DNA from: Nitrospira sp.
GTDB lineage: Bacteria; Nitrospirota; Nitrospiria; Nitrospirales; Nitrospiraceae
DNA: 64,000 bases
Direction: 5' to 3'
NCBI GenBank assembly: GCA_047150005.1
Contig: AP038806.1
Location: 1,760,001-1,824,000, forward strand
The notes under the pieces were generated by a model. That model made no database searches and was not told the DNA's origin. It saw only the letters and a list, made by a program, of their open reading frames with translations. Numbering within the stretch: position 1 is the stretch's first letter; the number at the start of each line of letters is the position of its first letter. Below, one piece after another: positions 28,347 through 38,009 of this stretch. A program made the translations under genes and the position numbers.

Positions 28347-29906
28347 TCAATCGACCTTCTCGTGGGACGGGATTCCGGCGGCCGCAACGGTCGCGTGATT
28401 GAGCCGATCGACCAGGGCCTGCACCGATCCGTTCATCATGCGCAGAAACGGGGACGGATAGAGTCCGATCCACAGGATCATGATGGAAAGGGACACGGCG
28501 ATCACCGTTTCCCGAGGGTGCAGATCGGCGATCGAATCCTTCACCGCCTGACCGACGGGTCCGAGGATCGCCCGTTCGTAATACCACAGAAAATAGGCGG
28601 CGCCGGTGATGACACCCGTCACGGCGATCGCTCCGTATATCCAATTGGCCTTGAACGTGCCCAGTAGAATGAGAAATTCGCCCACGAACCCGTTCGTGCC
28701 CGGAAGCCCGATCGACGCAAGGCCGATCAGCAAAAAGAACGACGCCAGCAACGGGGTATGTTTTGCCATCCCCCCGAATGCTGCCAATTGAGTGGTGTGC
28801 TGCCTCGTGTAGAGAAAGCCGGCGATGAAGAACAGGCCGGCCGTACTGAATCCCAAATTGATCATGGTCAGCAGGCTGCCTTGGAGTCCCTGATAATTCA
28901 GGGCGAACAGGCCGACCACGACAAACCCGAGGTGGCTGATGCTGCTGTAGGCCAGGAGCCGACGCAAGTCGAGCTGGACCAGCGCCATGATCGCTCCGTA
29001 CACGATGGCCGCCAGTCCCAAGCTCATGACCACGAGCACCACGGTCTTGCTCGTGGCCGCATCGGGGAGCAGCGGGATGCTGAAGCGCAAGAATCCGAAG
29101 GTGCCCAGTTTGACGCCCGCCAGCATCACGGCCATGCCCACGGGGCCTTCCAACAGGGCGTCCGGCAGCCAGGTGTGAAACGGAAAGACCGGGGCTTTGA
29201 ACGCGAAGCCGAGGAACATCAGCCAGAAGATCAACACTTGTTGGCTGAGGGGAATGGGGACGGTCAGCAATTCAAGGAAGTCGAAGGAATACAGACGGTC
29301 CATGCGATGAACCGTCGCCCAATTGTGGTAGTTGATGTCCAGAAGGGCGATGCCGACCAGCATGAACACGCTGCCCAGAAGGGTGTACAGGACGTATTTC
29401 AGGGCCGCATAGTGGCGCTCGGCCCCTCCTCCCCACAACTTGATCAGGAAGTAGCTCGGAATCAGCATGAGCTCCCAGAAGACGAAGAAGAGGATGAGAT
29501 CCAGGGAGATGAAAATACCCATGGTGGCGGTTTCCAACGCCAGCAGGGACATCATGTAGAGCTTCATCTGATGCCGGATCGTGTCCCAGGAGTAGATGAC
29601 GACCAGCACGGTCAAAAAGGCCGTCAGTCCGACGAACAAGATGCTGATGCCGTCGACCGCCAGGTGGTAACTGATGCCGAGCGCTGGAATCCATTGAACC
29701 CGTTCGACGAATTGCATGGCCGCCGAATCCGGTACAAAACGGACCATGACGAAGATCGTCAGGGCCAGCTCGACCAGTGAGACCGTGAGAGCGGACGTCC
29801 TCAGCATATCTTCGTCGTCGATCAGCCACAGAACGGCGGCACCGGCGAGCGGAAAGAAGAGGATGCAGGACAAGATGGGAAACGTGGATGAGAGTTCTTC
29901 TAGCAT
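28347..29906 (-). CDS. nuoM: NADH-quinone oxidoreductase subunit M (first copy)
   Basis: LAVDG, FVFWE, FKAPVFPFHTWLPD, SIGLPGTNGFVGE. Confidence 0.95.
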   Translation of the reverse strand: MLEELSSTFPILSCILFFPLAGAAVLWLIDDEDMLRTSALTVSLVELALTIFVMVRFVPDSAAMQFVERVQWIPALGISYHLAVDGISILFVGLTAFLTVLVVIYSWDTIRHQMKLYMMSLLALETATMGIFISLDLILFFVFWELMLIPSYFLIKLWGGGAERHYAALKYVLYTLLGSVFMLVGIALLDINYHNWATVHRMDRLYSFDFLELLTVPIPLSQQVLIFWLMFLGFAFKAPVFPFHTWLPDALLEGPVGMAVMLAGVKLGTFGFLRFSIPLLPDAATSKTVVLVVMSLGLAAIVYGAIMALVQLDLRRLLAYSSISHLGFVVVGLFALNYQGLQGSLLTMINLGFSTAGLFFIAGFLYTRQHTTQLAAFGGMAKHTPLLASFFLLIGLASIGLPGTNGFVGEFLILLGTFKANWIYGAIAVTGVITGAAYFLWYYERAILGPVGQAVKDSIADLHPRETVIAVSLSIMILWIGLYPSPFLRMMNGSVQALVDRLNHATVAAAGIPSHEKVD

Positions 29907-29915
29907 GCTCGTGAT

Positions 29916-31880
29916 TTATCGTTGTACGATGAACTGCACGACCAGCGCCAGCAAGAACAGCCCCGCCACGATGATCGCGGCATAGTGATGGACCATGCCG
30001 CTTTGCAGCTGGCGCCATTGTCTGGCGATGAGATGATTGCCGTATCCGATGACGTTGAGACCGCCGTAGATGACGTGTTTCTCGATCCATGTCGATCCCG
30101 CGGCACCCAGTTCGGCAAGCTGGCCGACGGCCCGCACGAGACCGTCGATGACGGTACGATCGAACCAGTCCAGCAGGAGCCCGAGTTTCTTGGTCGGCTC
30201 GACAAACAACAGGTCGTAGAGTTCGTCGACGTAATATTTGTTCAACAGGAGTCGGTAGACCGGCTCGGCTCTCGCTGCCCAGCGGTCCGGAGTGGCCGGA
30301 GAGATGCTGTAGAAATAGTGGGCCAAACCCCAGCCGAGAAAGGCGATCCCAGTGGCGATCATCATCAGGGTCAGAACCAAACCGGTGCTCACGTCGTGCT
30401 CGCTCCCTGCGCCGACGACCGGAGCCAGGAAATGATGGAGCCAGCCCTGTTCCGGAGGGAACCCCAGGAATCCTCCGACGAGTGACAGCGCACCGAGCAC
30501 GGTCAGCGGGGCGATCATGACTGTCGGGGACTCATGGACATGTGCTTCGGTGTGATGATCCATTCGTGACTGGCCATAGAAGGTCAGATACGTCAAGCGG
30601 AACATGTAGAACGCGGTCAGGAACGCTCCGGCTGCCGCCATGCCGTACAGCAGGTACCGGTGATGGGTGAAGGCATGCGCCATGATCTCGTCCTTGCTCC
30701 AAAAACCTGCCAACGGAGGGATTCCGGCGATGGCGATGGTGCCGATGAGGAACAGCCGGTACGTCCACGGAATCTTCGAGCTCAGTCCCCCCATGTTCCG
30801 GATATCCTGCTCCCCTCCCAGCGCGTGAATGACGGACCCGGCGGAGAGAAACAACAGTGCTTTGAAAAAGGCGTGCGTCATGAGATGGAAAATGGCGGCG
30901 GTATATGCGCCGATGCCGCAGCCGAGAAACATATAGCCGAGCTGACTGACGGTGGAATAGGCCAAGACCCGCTTGATGTCGGTTTGCACCAACCCGATGG
31001 TGGCGGCAAACAGCGCCGTGGCGCCGCCGATCAGTCCCACGATGTCCATCGCGGTGGGCGACAAGTCGAAAATGGCGTGATTTCGGACGATCATATACAC
31101 GCCCGCCGTCACCATGGTGGCCGCATGGATGAGGGCGCTGACGGGGGTCGGACCTTCCATCGCATCGGGAAGCCATGTATAGAGCGGAATCTGGGCCGAT
31201 TTCCCGACGGCGCCCACGAGCAGGCACAGCGCGATGGCCGTGGCCATGTCGGGAGACAGCTGACCGACCTGCGGGAAGACTTGGGTGTAGTCCAGCGTGC
31301 GGAAGTTGATGAAGACTAGAAAAATCGCCAGGAGGAATCCGGCATCGCCGATGCGGTTGACGACGAAGGCTTTCGAGGCCGCTTTGGCCGCCGAGATCTT
31401 GTCATAGTAGTAGCCGATCAACAGGTAGGAGCAGAGGCCCACGCCCTCCCACCCGATGAAGAGCACCACATAGTTGTTGCCCATCACGAGGAGGAGCATC
31501 GACACCATGAAGAGGTTCATATAGGTGAAGAAGCGCGTGAAGCCGGTCTCCCCGTGCATGTAGCCGACAGAATAGACATGGATCAGGAAGCCGACGCCCG
31601 TCACCACGAGCAGCATGACGCAGGTGAGGGGATCGACGAGGTAGGCCAGATTGATCGTCAGGTCGCCGCCGAAGATCCACCGATATGCCACGACTTCTTG
31701 CGCGGCTCCGGTGCGGAGGACGTCGATGAACACGCCGATCGTCGAGAGGAACGAGAGGCCCACCGAGCCCCAGGCCAGACGGTGCGCGGTTTCATGGGAC
31801 CAGCGGCGGCCGGCCAATCCGTTGGCGATGGCCGCCAGGAGGGGAAACACCGGGATCAATTTAATCAGCAGTTCGGTCAC
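29916..31880 (-). CDS. nuoL: NADH-quinone oxidoreductase subunit L (extended lateral helix)
   Basis: GWEGVGLCSYLLIG, GKSAQIPLYTWLPDAMEGPTPVSALIHAATMV. Confidence 0.97.
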   Translation of the reverse strand: MTELLIKLIPVFPLLAAIANGLAGRRWSHETAHRLAWGSVGLSFLSTIGVFIDVLRTGAAQEVVAYRWIFGGDLTINLAYLVDPLTCVMLLVVTGVGFLIHVYSVGYMHGETGFTRFFTYMNLFMVSMLLLVMGNNYVVLFIGWEGVGLCSYLLIGYYYDKISAAKAASKAFVVNRIGDAGFLLAIFLVFINFRTLDYTQVFPQVGQLSPDMATAIALCLLVGAVGKSAQIPLYTWLPDAMEGPTPVSALIHAATMVTAGVYMIVRNHAIFDLSPTAMDIVGLIGGATALFAATIGLVQTDIKRVLAYSTVSQLGYMFLGCGIGAYTAAIFHLMTHAFFKALLFLSAGSVIHALGGEQDIRNMGGLSSKIPWTYRLFLIGTIAIAGIPPLAGFWSKDEIMAHAFTHHRYLLYGMAAAGAFLTAFYMFRLTYLTFYGQSRMDHHTEAHVHESPTVMIAPLTVLGALSLVGGFLGFPPEQGWLHHFLAPVVGAGSEHDVSTGLVLTLMMIATGIAFLGWGLAHYFYSISPATPDRWAARAEPVYRLLLNKYYVDELYDLLFVEPTKKLGLLLDWFDRTVIDGLVRAVGQLAELGAAGSTWIEKHVIYGGLNVIGYGNHLIARQWRQLQSGMVHHYAAIIVAGLFLLALVVQFIVQR

Positions 31881-31925
31881 GGTACGTTCCTGTTTTCGGC
31901 AGGGGCGGCCTGACGCACTCGAGGC

Positions 31926-32228
31926 TCACCACTTCAACAGATTCATTTCGTCGACGTTGGTCGAAATTTTCCCTCTGAACACCACGATGATGATCGCGAG
32001 GCCGACGGCCGCTTCACCGGCGGCGATCGCGATGACAAAGAGCGCGACGAGCTGGCCCGCCATCGATTCCAGATAATGCGAGAAGGCGACGAGATTGATG
32101 TTGGCCGCATTCAACATGATTTCGACCGCCATCAGGACAATAATAAAGTTTCGGCGAATCAGCACGCCCAGCAATCCTGTGATGAACAGGATGGCGCTGA
32201 CGGCGACGTATGCGGACAGTGGAACCAT
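31926..32228 (-). CDS. nuoK: NADH-quinone oxidoreductase subunit K
   Basis: RRN..VLMAVEIMLNAAN, AAGEAAVGLA. Confidence 0.96.
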   Translation of the reverse strand: MVPLSAYVAVSAILFITGLLGVLIRRNFIIVLMAVEIMLNAANINLVAFSHYLESMAGQLVALFVIAIAAGEAAVGLAIIIVVFRGKISTNVDEMNLLKW

Positions 32229-32244
32229 AAATACCAATCGTTAC

Positions 32245-32320
32245 TGCTGAATGCTCAATGCCGAGCGACCGAATGATTCAATTGAACACTCACCATTCAT
32301 CATTTCATCATTGAACATTG
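32245..32320. repeat. heptamer-based imperfect inverted-repeat element between nuoJ and nuoK
   Basis: CTGAATG-CTCAATG... on the left, CATTCAT-CATTTCAT-CATTGAA-CATTG on the right. Confidence 0.6.
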
Positions 32321-32835
32321 CGTTGCTCGTCGGTCGGTTTCGGTGTTTTTGCCAGTACAATGGCTCCGATAATGGCTCCCAGAAGGAACACGCCGACAAT
32401 TTCGAATTGCAACAGGTACTCGCTGAACATCTTGATCCCGACCGCGAACGTGTTGCCGTCTTGGAGGACCGCCTGTGCCGGTGCGTCGCCCTTGGCCCCG
32501 CCGAACGGCGAGTGAAAGAGCTGCGCGAGGACGTAGAGGGAGCCCAGAAGGGCCGGAACCAGAAAGTATTTCGAGGAGGTGTGAAAGTACCGTTCCTCCG
32601 TCTTGAGGTTCAGGAGCATCAGCACGAAGAGATACAGGACCAGGATGGCCCCCGCGTACACTACCACCTGCACCGCCCATAAGAACTCGGCATTGAGCAG
32701 GATAAAGAGGCCGGAGACATGAAGAAGCAAGGCCAGGAGCGCGAGGCCGCAATGAACGGGGTTCTTAAGGGCCACGGTCAGCACCCCGGCGGCGATGCTC
32801 ATCAGCGCAAAATAGGCAAAGAACACTGAGATCAT
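32308..32835 (-). CDS. nuoJ: NADH-quinone oxidoreductase subunit J
   Basis: NPVH, LNAEF..VQVVVYAGAILVLYLFVLML, FEIVG. Confidence 0.95.
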   Translation of the reverse strand: MISVFFAYFALMSIAAGVLTVALKNPVHCGLALLALLLHVSGLFILLNAEFLWAVQVVVYAGAILVLYLFVLMLLNLKTEERYFHTSSKYFLVPALLGSLYVLAQLFHSPFGGAKGDAPAQAVLQDGNTFAVGIKMFSEYLLQFEIVGVFLLGAIIGAIVLAKTPKPTDEQRNVQ

Positions 32836-32843
32836 GGTCGGGG

Positions 32844-33431
32844 TCAGCTCAAATGCTTCGGCGTCGACTGCGTGGACTTGGCCACGGATTGCGGGAAATA
32901 GTACCGATACTCCCGGCTTTCTTCGACGTTCTTTTCCTGGTTGTGGGCATAGAGATATTTCTTCGCGTCGTCCAGATGGCGTTCGCCGATGTCGTACAGG
33001 CGTTTCTTGTCGAAGAGGAGCGTCCGTTTGTCGTGCGTAGAAAACTCATAGACCTTCGTCATGGCCAAGGCGTTGACGGGACAGGCCTCGACGCAATATC
33101 CGCAAAACACGCACTTGGTGATGTCGATATAGAATTCGCTGGCGTAGCGTTGAAGAGGCCGCTCGGCATCCTCTGAGCTGATGACCTTGATGCAACGTGA
33201 GGGACAGGCGGCTTCGCACAGATCGCAGCCCACGCACCGTTCGCGACCATCGTCGTAGCGCAACAAGCCTAACGCCCCCCGGTGCGTGTCGGGAATCGCC
33301 CGTTGCTCCCGGGGATACTGGAAGGTGATGGGCTTGTGGAACATGTGCTTGAACGTGACTTTCATCGCCTCCCAGATCTCATAGAAGAGCGCCGCCTGAA
33401 GAACTTTCTTTGTCAGTGTGCCCACGCTCAT
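32844..33431 (-). CDS. nuoI: NADH-quinone oxidoreductase subunit I
   Basis: TFQYP; two CxxCxxCxxxCP [4Fe-4S] motifs. Confidence 0.96.
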   Translation of the reverse strand: MSVGTLTKKVLQAALFYEIWEAMKVTFKHMFHKPITFQYPREQRAIPDTHRGALGLLRYDDGRERCVGCDLCEAACPSRCIKVISSEDAERPLQRYASEFYIDITKCVFCGYCVEACPVNALAMTKVYEFSTHDKRTLLFDKKRLYDIGERHLDDAKKYLYAHNQEKNVEESREYRYYFPQSVAKSTQSTPKHLS

Positions 33432-33449
33432 GTTCGTTTCCGTTCCGGG

Positions 33450-36137
33450 CTAGGCCGCTTCGATGGTGACGCGCGTCTGCTTGAACGAGGGTACGCCGGT
33501 GACGGGATCCACATGAACGACCATGAGATCCTTGACGGGCGGATCGTTGAAGTGCTCCGGGAAGAAGCAAATCCCGGGCGCAAGCGTGTGATCCCGCTGG
33601 ACGCCGATCTGCAGCTCGCCATGATCCGAGGTCAGGCGGACCGTGCCGCCGTCGCTCAAGCCGAGGCGTTCCATGTCTGACGCGTTCATCCCGATGCGGC
33701 GCGTGTTGGGCGCGATCTTGATCAGCCCCGGCGCCGTCGTGGAGAGTTTGCCGGAATGGTAGAGCACTTGGCCCATGAGCAACGTGAATGGGCGTTTGGA
33801 ATCAGAGAGGGGCGTCTTGTAGCGCGCCGCGACGGCACTGCCGTAACCGTTTGAGAGATAGCGATCCGCGGTCGGAACGATCCTGCGAGGTTGGCCGAGG
33901 TTGTAATAACCGGGGAGCAGCTTCATGATTTCGCTTTGAATCTCGTTGGCCGATTCGTATTCCCACCGGCATCCCAAGCCGTTTGCCAGAGCGGTCATGA
34001 TATGCCAATCGGGAACGCTTTCTCCGATGGCATCCATCGCCTGCCGGACACGCAACACTCGGCCTTCCAGATTGGTGAAGGTGCCGTCTTTTTCGGCGTA
34101 GGTCGATGCCGGAAGGACGACATGCGCCAGACGAGCGGTGTCGGTCAAGAACGGATCCTGGACCACGAGCAGGTCCAGCCGCTCCAATGCCGCCTTGATC
34201 TCCAGGGAGGCCGGCAGCGTGGCCAGAGGATTTTCACCCACCACGTACAGAGCTCGGATCTGGCCGCTTCGGCAACGCTTCAGAATTTCGACCAGGTTGG
34301 CGCCCGTCCCGACGGCCGGGAGTGTCACGTCCCAGGCCTTGGCCAGCCGATCGCGCATCGCCTCATCCTCAAACCCGGCGAGCCCCGGCAGGAACTCCGG
34401 TGCCACACCCATATCCGCCGCCCCTTGCTCGTTCACCTCCTCCGTTACGGTATTCACGCCGCAGCCGGGCTTGCCCAGCTTCCCCGTGATCCAGGCCAGG
34501 TCGATTAGCTTCAGAACGTTCTGATAGCCGTCCGGCTGGCGCACGATGCCCTCGGCGCAGAGCAGGATCGCTCGCGGCGATTCGGCAAAGATGGCGGCCG
34601 CCTCTTTGAACGCGTCGACGGCGAGGCCGGTCTTGGACGCAATGTGCTCCAACGAGCAACTCGCGAGCGCCGCCTTCAACGCGGTGAACGCCTGTGGATG
34701 GGCGGCGACGGCTTCTTCGTCCACGAGATCGAGCTCAATGGCCGCCTTGACGAGTCCATCGACGACCAGCCCTTCGGTGCCCGGCGTGATCAGATAGGGG
34801 TGCGAGGCCAGCTTGCCGATGTTGGTGACACGAGAGTCAAACACCATAACCTGCGTCTTATAAACGCGGATCGCCTCCTTGATTCTGACCGCGGTGAGCG
34901 GATTGGTCTCCGTCAGGTTCGAGCCGATGATGACGACCGCTTTCGCTTTGGTCAGATCTTCCCAATCGTTGGGGGTGCGCCCGAGGCCCAAGGCGTGTTT
35001 GGCGGCGCGGACGAAATTCATATGGCCGTAGCGCGCACTGCTGTCGAGGTTGTTGGTGCGGAACCCGGCCCGCATGAGTTTCTGGAACAGATACAGCTCT
35101 TCGTTCGTGCAGCGGGCGGTGATCAGCCCGGCAATGGAATCGGACCCATGCTTCTTTCTGACCTCGGCGAACCGGTCGACGGTCGCGTGCATGGCCTCCA
35201 ACCAGGGCACCTCGACCAGTTGCCCCTCCTTGCGAAGCAGCGGTTGTTTCAGCCGGGCCGGCGAGTCGATATATTCGAAACCGAATCGTCCTTTGACGCA
35301 GATGCCGCCGTGTCCCTTCGAGGTGTCGGCTCGATCACCCCATTTGTTTTTCCACGACAGAGGGGAGGTCACGCGAACGACCTCTGAATCCTTGGTCTCC
35401 ACATGGATCTGGCAGCCGTCGCCGCAGTAGTTGCAGGTCGTGGTCGTCTTCTTCATCTGCCAGGGCTTGTACAGATACTTGGAGAACTTGTTTGTGATGG
35501 CGCCGACGGGACAGACGGCGAGGCAGTCCCCGCAGAATTCGCAGGACAGCGGGAGATCTCCCTTCGCCACCACCTGGTTGAAGCCGCCTTTTTTCATGAA
35601 CTGCAGCGCATCGATCATCAGCACGTCCTTGCACACGTTGATGCATTCGGCGCAGGCGATGCAGCGATTCATGTTGAAGTCGAGCACCAGGCTGCGGGTG
35701 TCTTCGGGGATGAATTTTTGTTTGGCGTTGGGCAAACTCGTGACACCGTGGAGAAACGCCATGTCCTGCAATTCGCAATGTCCGTCGGCATCGCAGACCG
35801 GACAGTCGAGCGGATGAACCGAGAGATGTTTCTCGACGGCCTTCTTTCTGGCCTGAAACAGGTCGTCCCCTTCGGTCCGGATGACCATGCCGGCCGCCGC
35901 TTTGGCCGTACAGGAGCGAACCGGAGCCTTCTTGCCCTCCTGCATGACCAAGCACATTCCGCAGGAGCCGAACGGATCGAAGGTGTAGTGGTAGCACATC
36001 GCCGGGACGATCTTGCCGGTGCTCGCGATGACGTCATAAAGCGACACACCGTCTTTGGCGCTGACGGTCTTGCCGTCGATGTTCAGCTCGATGGTCGCGG
36101 CTTCAACTTCTGGATTTGTGGCCGGTTTCAGTCCCAT
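33450..36137 (-). CDS. nuoG: NuoG / FdhF-like Fe-S molybdopterin-fold subunit
   Basis: 2Fe-2S (CY...GSCGMC...C), HPLDCPVCDADGHC, CIACAECINVC, CEFCGDCLAVCP, CNYCGDGC...CVKG; Mo-bisPGD fold; position in nuo operon. Confidence 0.88.
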   Translation of the reverse strand: MGLKPATNPEVEAATIELNIDGKTVSAKDGVSLYDVIASTGKIVPAMCYHYTFDPFGSCGMCLVMQEGKKAPVRSCTAKAAAGMVIRTEGDDLFQARKKAVEKHLSVHPLDCPVCDADGHCELQDMAFLHGVTSLPNAKQKFIPEDTRSLVLDFNMNRCIACAECINVCKDVLMIDALQFMKKGGFNQVVAKGDLPLSCEFCGDCLAVCPVGAITNKFSKYLYKPWQMKKTTTTCNYCGDGCQIHVETKDSEVVRVTSPLSWKNKWGDRADTSKGHGGICVKGRFGFEYIDSPARLKQPLLRKEGQLVEVPWLEAMHATVDRFAEVRKKHGSDSIAGLITARCTNEELYLFQKLMRAGFRTNNLDSSARYGHMNFVRAAKHALGLGRTPNDWEDLTKAKAVVIIGSNLTETNPLTAVRIKEAIRVYKTQVMVFDSRVTNIGKLASHPYLITPGTEGLVVDGLVKAAIELDLVDEEAVAAHPQAFTALKAALASCSLEHIASKTGLAVDAFKEAAAIFAESPRAILLCAEGIVRQPDGYQNVLKLIDLAWITGKLGKPGCGVNTVTEEVNEQGAADMGVAPEFLPGLAGFEDEAMRDRLAKAWDVTLPAVGTGANLVEILKRCRSGQIRALYVVGENPLATLPASLEIKAALERLDLLVVQDPFLTDTARLAHVVLPASTYAEKDGTFTNLEGRVLRVRQAMDAIGESVPDWHIMTALANGLGCRWEYESANEIQSEIMKLLPGYYNLGQPRRIVPTADRYLSNGYGSAVAARYKTPLSDSKRPFTLLMGQVLYHSGKLSTTAPGLIKIAPNTRRIGMNASDMERLGLSDGGTVRLTSDHGELQIGVQRDHTLAPGICFFPEHFNDPPVKDLMVVHVDPVTGVPSFKQTRVTIEAA

Positions 36138-36146
36138 AGGTTCCCC

Positions 36147-36235
36147 AGTGCTGAGTCATGAGTGCTGAGTTCTGAGCACCGTGCTTCGCGCCGTGGTTTC
36201 TTAGTCTCAGCACTTAGCACCCGGCACTCGGCACT
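36147..36235. repeat. heptamer inverted-repeat hairpin element between nuoD and nuoG
   Basis: (AGTGCTG)x~4 followed, after a ~30-nt spacer, by (CAGCACT)x~4. Confidence 0.8.
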
Positions 36236-36237
36236 TC

Positions 36238-37482
36238 TCATCGGTCGCACTCTCCCATAACGATGTCGTACGTACCAAAGAGCGTAATCGCGTCCGCGAT
36301 CATGTATCCCCTCGACATGTGATCGAACGCGCCCATGTGAATGAACGAGGGGGCGCGGATCTTCAGCCGGTAGGGCTTTCCCCCGCCAGTACTGACGATG
36401 TAGAAGCCCAATTCTCCCTTATGGGCTTCGGTCCCGCAGTAGATCTCTCCAGGTGGAGCGTTGAATCCCTGCGAAAAGAGCTTGAATTGTTGAATCATGG
36501 ATTCCAAATTCGTGAAGACCCGTTCCTTCGGCGGCAAGGTCACGCTGGGGATATCGGCCATGATCGGCCCCTCCTGCAGCTGTTCCAGGCACTGCCGGAC
36601 GATCTTCACGCTTTCGTAGAGCTCCATGACGCGGATCCAGTACCGGTCGTAGGTATCTCCATTCTTGCCGAGCGGCACGTTGAACTCGCATTTCGGATAG
36701 GCCGAATAGGGTTCGGCTTTGCGCAGGTCGTAGTCCACCCCGGAGCCCCGGAGCGTCGGCCCGCTCAGCCCGAAGTTGACCGCATCCTCTGCGGAGATCA
36801 CGGCGACGCCTTTCGTCCGGGCCAGCCAGATTCGATTCTTTTCCAGGAACACGATGTATTCGTCGATCTTGGGAGGGAAATAGTCCAAGAACTGTTTCAA
36901 TTTGGCCAGCAGCGAGGGCGTAAAATCCCGCTCGACCCCGCCGATACGATACCAGCTGGTCGTCAGTCGGGCCCCGCACAGTTCATCAAACCAATCCAGC
37001 AGGATTTCCCGGTCCCGAAAGCAATAAAAGAACACGGTCATGGCGCCGATGTCGAGCGCCTGCGTACCGAGCCAGAACTGGTGACCGATGATCCGCTGAA
37101 CTTCCGCCACGATGGTGCGGAGATACTCGGCCCGCTCCGGTACGGTGATGTTCATGAGTTTCTCGACCGCGCGGCAGTAGGCGAAATTGTTGTACATCGC
37201 GCAGACGTAATCGAGCCGATCGGTATGGGGGATGAACTGATGGTAGGTACCCTCTTCCGCCAGCTTCTCAACGCCTCGGTGGAGAAATCCCATCACCGGC
37301 GTCGACTTGACCAAGCGCTCGCCCTCCAACTCAAGAATGACCTTTAGCACTCCATGTGTGCTGGGATGCTGGGGGCCCATGTTGAGCAGCAGCTCCTCCG
37401 TGCGGAGCGTCGGCAGGGATTCGCTTTCCGGGTGCGCCGGATCGACTTTGTACACCGTCGTGCGTTGATCTTCAAACGCCAT
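36238..37482 (-). CDS. nuoD: NADH-quinone oxidoreductase subunit D
   Basis: NMGPQHPSTHGVL, GFLHRGVEK, DRLDY, DIVMGECDR. Confidence 0.97.
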   Translation of the reverse strand: MAFEDQRTTVYKVDPAHPESESLPTLRTEELLLNMGPQHPSTHGVLKVILELEGERLVKSTPVMGFLHRGVEKLAEEGTYHQFIPHTDRLDYVCAMYNNFAYCRAVEKLMNITVPERAEYLRTIVAEVQRIIGHQFWLGTQALDIGAMTVFFYCFRDREILLDWFDELCGARLTTSWYRIGGVERDFTPSLLAKLKQFLDYFPPKIDEYIVFLEKNRIWLARTKGVAVISAEDAVNFGLSGPTLRGSGVDYDLRKAEPYSAYPKCEFNVPLGKNGDTYDRYWIRVMELYESVKIVRQCLEQLQEGPIMADIPSVTLPPKERVFTNLESMIQQFKLFSQGFNAPPGEIYCGTEAHKGELGFYIVSTGGGKPYRLKIRAPSFIHMGAFDHMSRGYMIADAITLFGTYDIVMGECDR

Positions 37483-37496
37483 GGTTCGACAGGTCC

Positions 37497-38000
37497 TTAA
37501 CGCACCGTCTCGTCCAGGAAATCAAACGTGTCGCGCCATCCTTTCCCACGGAGCGGAAAGTCTTTCCGCAGGGGATAGCCTTCGGTATAGTCGTCCGGCA
37601 TGAGGATGCGGCGGAGGTCGGGATGACGACGAAATCTGATCCCCATCATGTCGTACACTTCCCGTTCCATGAAGTCCGCGCCTTTCCAAATATCAGTCAG
37701 CGAGTCCACGACGCAGTCCGATTCCGGCACGCGCGTCTTGAGCCTGATTCTGTGGCGCTTGCGGATGGAATAGAACTCGTACACGACTTCAAAACGCAAC
37801 TCGTCGTCCGGCCAATCGACGGAACTCACATGAACGATGTAGTCGAAGCCCATTGCAGGATCGTCGTGTAGGAACTGCGCGACCTCATGGAGCCGTTCCC
37901 GGCTGACCGTCACCGCCAGATCTCCCCGCCATTCGACGGCTTGGATGAACGCCCCGCTGAAATTCTCTTGAATGCGATTCGATACGTGCTGGAGAGACAT
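37497..38000 (-). CDS. nuoC: NADH-quinone oxidoreductase subunit C
   Basis: EREVYDMMGIRF..HPDLRRILMP...YPLRKDFP. Confidence 0.97.
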   Translation of the reverse strand: MSLQHVSNRIQENFSGAFIQAVEWRGDLAVTVSRERLHEVAQFLHDDPAMGFDYIVHVSSVDWPDDELRFEVVYEFYSIRKRHRIRLKTRVPESDCVVDSLTDIWKGADFMEREVYDMMGIRFRRHPDLRRILMPDDYTEGYPLRKDFPLRGKGWRDTFDFLDETVR

Positions 38001-38009
38001 GGACGCTCT

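Noticed and set aside
33450..36137. Active (seleno)formate dehydrogenase
   Set aside because: No Cys or in-frame TGA at the Mo-ligand position, catalytic Arg is missing, and the gene sits in a nuo operon.
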